Origin: Nitrospirota bacterium
Lineage (GTDB): Bacteria > JACPQY01
Direction: 5' to 3'
Assembly (NCBI GenBank): GCA_016180645.1
Contig: JACPAV010000032.1
Location: 1-36,763, forward strand
Length of the DNA: 36,763 nucleotides
A program made the translations under genes and the position numbers. This document shows, piece by piece, positions 17,113 through 24,856 of the stretch (position 1 is its first letter; every line of letters starts with the position of its first letter). The notes under the pieces are model-generated. The model saw only the letters and a program-made list of their open reading frames with translations. It was not told the origin of the DNA and searched no databases.

Positions 17113-18861
17113 ATGAAGCACTGGCCGCACGTTCGATGGTCCCATCCCGCCCTGACACTGCTCCTTGTCGCAGCCACCCCCTTCGCCGTCTCCGCTGGCG
17201 GTATCCGCGGTAGCGTCACCGATTCGGCGGGCGCGCCGGTACCGGGCGCTCTTGTAACGGCAACCGTCACCGAACGGGCCGAGCACCATACGGTCTATTC
17301 CGACGGCGAGGGGCGCTTCGCTCTCCTCCTTCCCACCGTCGGAACGATCCAGATGCGGGCGCGATCTCAAGGATTCACCGACGCCGGCACGGAGCCGGTG
17401 AAGCTTTCGAGTCAGCCCATTATCAGACCCTTCGTGCTGAAACCGGTGTCGCCCGCGGATCGCGCCGCCCTCGCGCCGGCCAGCGCATGGTATCGCAACG
17501 TCCGATTTCCAACGCCCAAGCTCCAAGCCGAGTTCGCCATCCAATGCGGCATGTGCCATCAGCAGGGAAATCTCTTCACGCGCATCCCGCGGGCGGAGGC
17601 GGATTGGACCCGTGTGCTCGACCAGATGGCAGCGATGGGCGGTGTGGTCACGAAGGAACTGCGGAATCAGATTCCGAAAGTCCTGAACAGCACCTACACA
17701 AGTCTCCCGCCGGAAAGCGTTCGGTCCCCGGCGATTCCTTCAGGCCCCCTGGCCGGAGTCGAGATCACCGAGTGGGACATCGGAGCAACCACTTCCATGC
17801 CCCATGACGCCATCGTGGGATCCGATGGCAGAATCTATTCTGTCGACATGCTGGGGGACAACCTATTTCGGCTAGACCCTGTGACCGGCGAACGGCGGCG
17901 ATGGTCCATTCCGCCGGAAGGCGCGCCGCCCGGCGGACTCATGGGTACCATCGCTCAACGAGGGTTCGGCGCATTCCGGGCCGCGCCCCGACTCGGGCCT
18001 CACAGCCTTCAGGAAGATTCCGCCGGACGGATCTGGATCACGCTCAGTTTCTGGAAGGGCCTGGTCCGTTTCGATCCCAAAACCGAATCGTTCACCCATG
18101 TCCACCAGGGGCCAAGCGGCCGGTACCCGCACACTCTCCGCTTCGACCGGGACGGACGTCTATGGTACACGCTGGCCGTGTCGAATCAGGTGGGACTGGT
18201 TCTGCCCGGTCGGGACACCGCCAAACTCATCAACCTCCCCACGCGCGATCTCCTCCAGAAGTTCTTCATGCGCACGATCCGGTTCTGGATGAAGATCGGG
18301 CAACGTTTCCCCATGAAAGTCACTCCGGTGAATGATCCGGAGCTGATGCCCATTGCCTACGGGTTGGACGTGGCCCCGGATGGTGGGATCTGGTTCAGCC
18401 AGTTCAACAATCGCCGAATCGGACGAATCGATCCTGCTACCAAGCGAATCGATACGTTCGATACACCCTTCTACGGTCCGCGGCGCCTGCGCGTCGGAGC
18501 GGACGGTATCGTCTGGATCCCCGCATACGTCGACGGCGCACTCGCACGGTTCGATCCCTCCACGAAGAAGTTCAAGGCCTTTCCCCTGCCCTCACCCGGG
18601 GATTTCCCCTACGCACTCAACATCTCCACCCGATCCGGAAACATCTGGATCTGCGGAGCGAACAGCGACACCCTCATCCGATTCGAACCGCGAACCGAGG
18701 CCTTCACTTCCTATCCTCTTCCCACGCGTGTCACGTTTTGCCGCGACATCGACTTCGACGAGCAAGGAAACGTGTGGACGAGCAATTCAAACCTCCCCGC
18801 GTGGCACGTGGAGGGACAGCAACCTAGAATTATCCGCCTCTCCGTTCCCGGAGGCGCCTAA
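17113..18861 (+). CDS. secreted protein: carboxypeptidase-regulatory-like domain + c-type cytochrome motif + Vgb-like beta-propeller
   Basis: Signal peptide from ATG 17113 (track starts at TTG 17074); IRGSVTDSAGAPVPGALV; CGMCH; repeated GPH/PH...DG.IW...RFDP blades. Confidence 0.85.
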   Translation: MKHWPHVRWSHPALTLLLVAATPFAVSAGGIRGSVTDSAGAPVPGALVTATVTERAEHHTVYSDGEGRFALLLPTVGTIQMRARSQGFTDAGTEPVKLSSQPIIRPFVLKPVSPADRAALAPASAWYRNVRFPTPKLQAEFAIQCGMCHQQGNLFTRIPRAEADWTRVLDQMAAMGGVVTKELRNQIPKVLNSTYTSLPPESVRSPAIPSGPLAGVEITEWDIGATTSMPHDAIVGSDGRIYSVDMLGDNLFRLDPVTGERRRWSIPPEGAPPGGLMGTIAQRGFGAFRAAPRLGPHSLQEDSAGRIWITLSFWKGLVRFDPKTESFTHVHQGPSGRYPHTLRFDRDGRLWYTLAVSNQVGLVLPGRDTAKLINLPTRDLLQKFFMRTIRFWMKIGQRFPMKVTPVNDPELMPIAYGLDVAPDGGIWFSQFNNRRIGRIDPATKRIDTFDTPFYGPRRLRVGADGIVWIPAYVDGALARFDPSTKKFKAFPLPSPGDFPYALNISTRSGNIWICGANSDTLIRFEPRTEAFTSYPLPTRVTFCRDIDFDEQGNVWTSNSNLPAWHVEGQQPRIIRLSVPGGA

Positions 18862-18927
18862 CCCCACCCGTGCCAGGAACTGACTCTTCCAACTCCAGGG
18901 CGAGCACTTCTCGTTCCGGCGGAGAGA

Positions 18928-20472
18928 TCAGGGTGACAAGCCCACCCGAAACTGCGGATTTCTTTCGTCGTAGTACTTGAAGAAGATGATTTCAGACAGT
19001 CTCATGGCACGATCCTTCACTCCCGGATCGGTGGGATAGCCGTCCGCCAGGAAAATGATCGGATCGATGGAGGCCGGATACGCGCTGTCGGCCGGGGCGA
19101 ATGAAAATCCGGGGACGTCCTCGTTCTGATCGACCAGATCCACGATTTGCTCAAAATAGGTATCGGCGACGCGATTCGCTTCGCGCACCCTTTGAGACAT
19201 TCCGAAGGATAGGATGGCGCTGAACAGAACAAACCCCTCCAGAGCAAGCGTCAGCCCCATTCGACGCGACCATTCCGCGGAGTCGAAATCGAGCACCGCG
19301 TAGGCACCGATAACGGCCACCAACGTAAAAAAGTAGAGGTAGTAACTCACACCGACAATATCGCCCAACGAACGCCCAAACCCGATGACGAGCGCATACG
19401 TGAAGGCCATCCCGGCCATCAACAAGGCCAGCGGCCACTCGGCCATCCAGGCTGATCGGGTGAACGCGAGAACCGCTGACAGAACGAGGAAGATCCCCAA
19501 GGCTGCGTTGATGACGTAGGGAGCCGAGTCCCGCGTCCAAACAAACCGCTTCCCGAATCGCTGGTATGGCACGATTTGATGGTCCACCGCCGTCGGCAGA
19601 AACGTCTCCCCGGCCCATCGCCCCACCGCCGCCGCGGCGCGTCCCACCGCACGCACGGAGTTTTCAAACGCCATGATGTTCTCCACGCCGTCTTTTCGAT
19701 GCACGTAGAACACCTTCTCGCGGCCGACGCGATGCGGGAGATACACGGCGGTGAAGAGGACCGCCGGGACGAGGAGCGCGGCCCATGACCCTACGGACAA
19801 CCGAGCAGCACGCCGTCGCGCCACCAGCGCCGTATATCCGGCCATGAGCATCGACAGGGGCACCATCACTTCATAGAACCCGACCGCCAGTGTCATGGCG
19901 GCGGCGTATGTCCAACGGTCTCGCCCCCGCCCCAGGCCGGCCGCCATTCGCCTGAGCGGACCCAGCGAGGCGATGAAAAACAAGAAGGACCAGAGGTATC
20001 CGCCGATGCAGTTCCACATGACCATCTCGATGAGACCGGGGGCGATCGAAAAGAATAGCGCGAATAGACCGGCAAACCAGGAAGGTCGAAGCCGCCACAA
20101 GAACCGGTAGAGAAGAAACACGACGGCCAGATGCAACGCAAGGTTGGCCGCGTTCCAGTAGACGTAGTGGTACTTGAAGAGCCAGTTCTCAACGGCCACC
20201 CACGAGAACAAGAGCGGACGAAAAAGCGAATTATCTCCTTTGTAGTAGCGGCGGGATTGCGGGTAGTCATAGTGCCGGAGACCGTCGAGGAGCGAATGCG
20301 ACCCTTCAAGATCGGCGAAATACCAGATCTGGTCCGTGACGAACATTCGGTGGAGCGAAGGGACGTATACGATGAGGTTGGCCGCCAAGATAAGGACGGG
20401 AAAAAGGAACTTCAACGCGGGAGGGGTGTTGGCCGGGCGTACGGGTCTGCCGGCCGCAGAAAGTTCGCTCAC
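18928..20472 (-). CDS. multi-pass membrane protein, GT-C glycosyltransferase-like
   Basis: About 10-12 TM segments; F..D..W, FRPL, NLALH, YE motifs. Start reassigned to GTG 20472, which overlaps the upstream TGA and has GGAGG upstream. Confidence 0.7.
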   Translation of the reverse strand: MSELSAAGRPVRPANTPPALKFLFPVLILAANLIVYVPSLHRMFVTDQIWYFADLEGSHSLLDGLRHYDYPQSRRYYKGDNSLFRPLLFSWVAVENWLFKYHYVYWNAANLALHLAVVFLLYRFLWRLRPSWFAGLFALFFSIAPGLIEMVMWNCIGGYLWSFLFFIASLGPLRRMAAGLGRGRDRWTYAAAMTLAVGFYEVMVPLSMLMAGYTALVARRRAARLSVGSWAALLVPAVLFTAVYLPHRVGREKVFYVHRKDGVENIMAFENSVRAVGRAAAAVGRWAGETFLPTAVDHQIVPYQRFGKRFVWTRDSAPYVINAALGIFLVLSAVLAFTRSAWMAEWPLALLMAGMAFTYALVIGFGRSLGDIVGVSYYLYFFTLVAVIGAYAVLDFDSAEWSRRMGLTLALEGFVLFSAILSFGMSQRVREANRVADTYFEQIVDLVDQNEDVPGFSFAPADSAYPASIDPIIFLADGYPTDPGVKDRAMRLSEIIFFKYYDERNPQFRVGLSP

Positions 20473-22379
20473 TGTGGACGCGGCCTCCCCGCTCGGCCTC
20501 TGAGAATCAGAATCCAGGCCATCATCACGACCCAGGAGAGATCCGGGGTCGAGCGGCCGAAAGCTACGCTTGCGCAGCCCCATGTCCATCCGGGATCGTC
20601 CTTTGCAAGGGTATCCAGGGACAAGCGGAACGGAAGAATCCCCCCGCCGCATTCGTCTTTGAAATCGGGCGCGGAGAGAAGGTCGTACGATGTCTTCTTC
20701 GCCAGGGCCGGAGACACTGTCAGGCGCGTCCCATCCGTTGAGAGGCCCAATGTGAAAGAGGCCTCGGGGTTGAATGTCAGCGGCGGCGCGGCGTCGGGAT
20801 CCTCGCTGATCGGCACCGCTCTGCTGAAATCGAGATTGAGCTGAGGCTGGGTCGTCATGTGGCCGAGATCGCTGTCCGCAGTCGGATTCAGGAGCTCCGT
20901 CCACGCGATGGGACAGCCGTTTTCATCGGGCGCGCCCACGTCGGTAATGTAAATTCCCCGGCATTCATCATCGTATCCCTTCGATCCCGGCTTGGTTGCG
21001 CAGGTCCACTGGGTTGCTTCCTTCGACCCAGGGAACGGATCACTGGAACCGGCTCGGCTGCCGGCCCCGCGCAGGTCGTACCTCCCGTCTGCCTCAACAA
21101 GCCTTAAGCACGGGTGGTTCTCATCGTCGTTCACGGTGTTGTCCTCGTATCGCTCCGCGCACACTTTGTCATCGGCATGCCAGATAAGAAGACCCTGCCC
21201 GGGAAGCTTCTCGTCGAATCCGGTCTTGAGGCGGCATTCGATGAGAAAATACTCCTGGTCAACAATCGGGATCTTGTAGGCGACCGGCTGCCTTTCGATG
21301 GGAGGCAGCGTAACGCCGGACAGGCAGCGCGGAAGCGTGATCGGCTCGATGAGGCCCACATACATTTTGCTCCAGGCGGACAGATGTGAAGGACGCTCGG
21401 GCGAGCGCCGATCTCCGCCGTATCCTCCGCTGCTCATGAGTTCCCATTCACCGGCGCCGCCGCTGGTGGTGCCGTCGGTTCCGGTGTCGTACAGGTCCGG
21501 CAGGCCGAGAGCGTGGCCGAACTCGTGTGCGAATACCCCGACCTCGACCCTCTTTCCCGACGAGCACGACATCGCCGGCTGCATGACATAGTCGTCGATT
21601 CGAATGTCCCCCCCCCGGGCAGAGGGATCGTTGGTGTTGTACGGCCGCCCGTCGAACCAGCCGGAGTACTGAAAGTAGTGCGAAAAGACATCCGTCCCGC
21701 CGCATTCCCCTCCTCTTCCACCGTGAATGAAAAAGACGGTGTCGACGAAACCGTCGTCGTCCCCCGAGTTGGGAATGCCGTCCGATCCGTCATTGTCGTA
21801 TTGCGAAAAATCGACCTTCGCGTCCCATCGATCCAGGGTCTGCTTGACCATTTCGGCGGCTCCGCCGGGCAGATCTGGACACAGACCTGTACAGGGCCGG
21901 TTTTGATCGTCCTTATGGGGAGTCTGTTCGAAGAAAGCACGTTCCCGTGTGAGATCGAACCAATCCACCACGTCGCCCTGCACCATGAGCCGCCCATACG
22001 TGTATTCCAGATAGGCATCACGCAGACTTCCGGTGGGCCAGGATCCGAAAAGCATGGATTCAATGTTGAACTTGTCCCAATCCGGCTTCTCGCCGGCGTA
22101 GTACATCAGGAACACGGGAACTCGAATCGTGAATTTCCCCGTCGGCAGTCGCCCGACCCGGCTGGGGGATTTCAGAATTCCTCCCTTGATAACCGATTCC
22201 CGCCATCCGTGCAGCGCCCGACCGAATCCCTTGCCACCGGGGCGGCCCTCAAATCTTTTCTTCAAATGAGAAGGGTATTCCCGCGCCACCGAGAAAGCCG
22301 GAAGGGAAAGGAAAACCGCCGACGACATGGCCGCCATGAGAAGTCGGGCGAGACGGAGTCCTGTCAAGGCCGTAAACAT
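20469..22379 (-). CDS. M6-family (immune inhibitor A-like) metalloprotease with an Ig-like domain and CTERM-like tail
   Basis: DFSQYDNDG, GVFAHEFGHALGLPDLYD, WELMSSG, EYFLIE, GLLIWH; tail GCAS...TM helix...RGR. Confidence 0.92.
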   Translation of the reverse strand: MFTALTGLRLARLLMAAMSSAVFLSLPAFSVAREYPSHLKKRFEGRPGGKGFGRALHGWRESVIKGGILKSPSRVGRLPTGKFTIRVPVFLMYYAGEKPDWDKFNIESMLFGSWPTGSLRDAYLEYTYGRLMVQGDVVDWFDLTRERAFFEQTPHKDDQNRPCTGLCPDLPGGAAEMVKQTLDRWDAKVDFSQYDNDGSDGIPNSGDDDGFVDTVFFIHGGRGGECGGTDVFSHYFQYSGWFDGRPYNTNDPSARGGDIRIDDYVMQPAMSCSSGKRVEVGVFAHEFGHALGLPDLYDTGTDGTTSGGAGEWELMSSGGYGGDRRSPERPSHLSAWSKMYVGLIEPITLPRCLSGVTLPPIERQPVAYKIPIVDQEYFLIECRLKTGFDEKLPGQGLLIWHADDKVCAERYEDNTVNDDENHPCLRLVEADGRYDLRGAGSRAGSSDPFPGSKEATQWTCATKPGSKGYDDECRGIYITDVGAPDENGCPIAWTELLNPTADSDLGHMTTQPQLNLDFSRAVPISEDPDAAPPLTFNPEASFTLGLSTDGTRLTVSPALAKKTSYDLLSAPDFKDECGGGILPFRLSLDTLAKDDPGWTWGCASVAFGRSTPDLSWVVMMAWILILRGRAGRPRPQ

Positions 22380-22385
22380 TGAAGT

Positions 22386-22394
22386 ATTCTATCA
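22386..22394 (-). promoter_or_regulatory. extended -10 element for the M6 protease gene
   Basis: TG-A-TAGAAT, 6 nt before ATG 22379. Confidence 0.5.
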
Positions 22395-22398
22395 TGCG

Positions 22399-23298
22399 AT
22401 GCCGACTTTCAGCCTCTTCCTGGCCGGATTTCAAATACATGTTCACATGACACTGTGCTCCTCATGGCCGGAGATGAAACAACGATTCAGGCCGTTTCTC
22501 TCCCCACCTCGCGGAAAGCGTTTCCCCTCGCATCGCCAGCGATGGATCATCAGCGAAACGCTGCGCACCGTCCCGAATGAAGACCGGAGGGGCCGCGTGA
22601 TTCTTCCCACTCTCGCGTCAGACGATTCGACAGTGACCGTCCGCCACCCCAACTATCTGGGGGCCTTCGATCTCAAGACCCGCTCCGGCCACGCGTCCGT
22701 CAGCCCCACATTTCCTTCGTTCAGTTCCCTCGTGCGGGGGTTTCTCGCCACGGCTCTCCCACTGGACTCCGGCCTGATCCTGCACGCCGCCGCCATTTCG
22801 CTGAAGGGATCGGATGGCACGGTCGTATTCGCCGGGGCGTCCGGGAGCGGCAAGACGACCACCGCACGGCACTTTCTCAAGACCCGGACCCGCTATGTGA
22901 TCCTATCGGATGAACTGGTTGCGGTGCGTTTGAATCCCAAGCCACGAGCATTCGGTACACCCTTCTGGGGAGATCTTCGGTCGTCGATCGATCCGTCAAA
23001 GTCGCGCAATAATCTCTCTGCCCCACTCCGGAAGCTCATTTTCCTTGAAAAAGGGAGCCGAGACGAGCGCAGGCCTCTCACTCAAAGGGAGACCGCAGGC
23101 CGACTCCTGAAATGCACCCTCCTCCACAGTCGCTCAAAGACCGTTCTCAGCGGCGCCCTTTCCACAGCTCAGGCCATGGCCGGTTCATGCCCGGCGGAAT
23201 TGCTGACCTGGAAATCGCTCGACTACCTGACGGCGACAGCTGGAAAACTCGTGGAGGAGCGCGCACCCGCCGGGAGGCGAGTCAGGGCTTTTTCGTAA
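22399..23298 (+). CDS. HprK-related P-loop kinase
   Basis: LILHAAAI, FAGASGSGKTT, ILSDE, GTPFWG. ATG 22399 avoids overlap with the M6 gene (track start 22327). Confidence 0.8.
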   Translation: MPTFSLFLAGFQIHVHMTLCSSWPEMKQRFRPFLSPPRGKRFPSHRQRWIISETLRTVPNEDRRGRVILPTLASDDSTVTVRHPNYLGAFDLKTRSGHASVSPTFPSFSSLVRGFLATALPLDSGLILHAAAISLKGSDGTVVFAGASGSGKTTTARHFLKTRTRYVILSDELVAVRLNPKPRAFGTPFWGDLRSSIDPSKSRNNLSAPLRKLIFLEKGSRDERRPLTQRETAGRLLKCTLLHSRSKTVLSGALSTAQAMAGSCPAELLTWKSLDYLTATAGKLVEERAPAGRRVRAFS

Positions 23299-23464
23299 GG
23301 AGCTGCTGAAGGAGAAACTCTTCGTCCTTGGGAGCGAGGTCGAATTTGCGAGCGGTTTCGTGAATGATTTCGGTCAGGGGCTTGTTTGGAAATGCGGTTC
23401 GCTGTTCGGAGATCCACCGGAGGGCTTTCTCCATGGGATACGCACCGGGTTGCAGGTCCTTCAT
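23282..23464 (-). CDS. small helical hypothetical protein (60 aa)
   Basis: Follows the beta-barrel gene after 9 nt with an AGGGG RBS; KALRWISE...KFDLAPKDEEFL looks like a real helical protein. Confidence 0.7.
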   Translation of the reverse strand: MKDLQPGAYPMEKALRWISEQRTAFPNKPLTEIIHETARKFDLAPKDEEFLLQQLLTKKP

Positions 23465-23473
23465 GTCGGCCCC

Positions 23474-24856
23474 CTAAAAGGCGGCGCGCAGCGAGCTCTG
23501 CGCGGCGAAGACGGGCCTCGCGGCCTCGGGGTCGATGCGATTGAAAAACGCCCCCGCCGCGCCTCCAGGGATAAGGATCGAGCCGACCACGTCCAGAGAA
23601 AAGGACCGGGAGAAATCATGACGGATTCCCGCATCGGCTTCCACTCCCACAAAGACTTCACCCAGGGCGTTTCGCGGTTGAAGCACGGACGCCGCGGCAA
23701 GAGTGGTCGAAAGCTCCCAGTTCTCCATCCATCCATAATATACGCTCCCCTCGGCCACCGCCAAACCGCTTCGAACGATCGTGAACAGGCCCGCCTTCTC
23801 TCCCATGCCCTCGTCCAAGTTGTCGCCCACATCTCTGAGTTCGTTTTCCGTTAGAAGGAGCGTCTGACTCCGGGATTTTCCGGAATAGTGGAAGGCCGTG
23901 TTGCGCCCGTTTCGATCGTCGCCGTCATCCGGGCTGAGCAGAAGCGCGCCGACCATCCATCCTGATTCTCCGGCGGAAGCAGGTTGGCGCTGAATTTCTG
24001 TTGGCAAAGTCCCACGACTCCGCCCTTGACGTCCCCGCCCGGCCGCCATGTAGGCCTGAACCGCGCCGGCCAGATGAGTCTCGGTTTCTCCCGTGAAGGA
24101 GCCTCCGCGGGTTCCGCCCACCTGCGCGGCCAGATCCACTCCCATTTCCCGCCCCTCCATCACGCATCCGATGTTCGTCGTCTCCGTCAGGAGCCATGTA
24201 GGGCGTCCAACCCGTTGTCCATCGTACAATGCAATCAGCGCCGGATTCACGTTGAGTGCCTCGCCACCCTTGGAGGCCGATGCGGCGAACAGGAAAACGT
24301 CATGGTTGAAGTTGTTCCGGGTGAGGTCGATGCCCTCCGATGTTTGATCGGGGAGCTGGCCCACCAGCGCCTCGCCGGAATAGGATTCCGTCGACGTCCC
24401 CAGTCTCGCGGCGCCGACGTAGTAGCTCATGAAGAGGCGCGTGGGGTCGGAAAAATACTGGTATCCCGCGCGCAAATGGGATTTTTCGGAGACGCGCGCC
24501 TGGCTGTAAGCTTGGCGGTGCTTAAAGAACAGGACGTCGTTCGCCGCTTCCTTCGGAAGGAATTCCACCCGATTCCGGCTCCAAAGGTTGAGACCGAGTT
24601 CACCGTCGTAACGAACCCGCAGCGAATCGCCGATTCCGACTTCAACTCCCGGATCCAGGAACGTGGCAAAGTAGCCCACCGATTGGCCATCCGGCTGATA
24701 CAAGGCTTTCGATCCGTCGAAATCGCTGTCGCTCTTGATGACGGCCAGGTTTTGGAGGGAACCGCCGAATTCCACGGTCTTGCCTTCCGCGGCCGCGGAA
24801 AACGGCGCTCCTGCAAAGATAGCCGCAACGGCTGCCGCCCTCAGACGAGACCTCAT
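23474..24856 (-). CDS. outer-membrane beta-barrel (porin/alginate-export-like)
   Basis: Signal peptide from ATG 24856 (ATGA overlap with the GH5 stop; 24862 also possible), amphipathic beta-strands, C-terminal Phe. Confidence 0.75.
   Translation of the reverse strand: MRSRLRAAAVAAIFAGAPFSAAAEGKTVEFGGSLQNLAVIKSDSDFDGSKALYQPDGQSVGYFATFLDPGVEVGIGDSLRVRYDGELGLNLWSRNRVEFLPKEAANDVLFFKHRQAYSQARVSEKSHLRAGYQYFSDPTRLFMSYYVGAARLGTSTESYSGEALVGQLPDQTSEGIDLTRNNFNHDVFLFAASASKGGEALNVNPALIALYDGQRVGRPTWLLTETTNIGCVMEGREMGVDLAAQVGGTRGGSFTGETETHLAGAVQAYMAAGRGRQGRSRGTLPTEIQRQPASAGESGWMVGALLLSPDDGDDRNGRNTAFHYSGKSRSQTLLLTENELRDVGDNLDEGMGEKAGLFTIVRSGLAVAEGSVYYGWMENWELSTTLAAASVLQPRNALGEVFVGVEADAGIRHDFSRSFSLDVVGSILIPGGAAGAFFNRIDPEAARPVFAAQSSLRAAF

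Noticed and set aside
17113-18861. Antibiotic-resistance gene vgb
   Set aside because: Only the propeller fold is shared; the signal peptide, extra domain and CxxCH argue against it.
20473-20904. N-terminal extension of the 658-aa ORF
   Set aside because: Overlaps the M6 gene in another frame; GTG 20472 gives a clean coupled start.
21434-22063. 209-aa same-strand alternative-frame ORF inside the M6 gene
   Set aside because: Low-complexity Arg/Thr/Ser-rich translation typical of off-frame GC-rich DNA.
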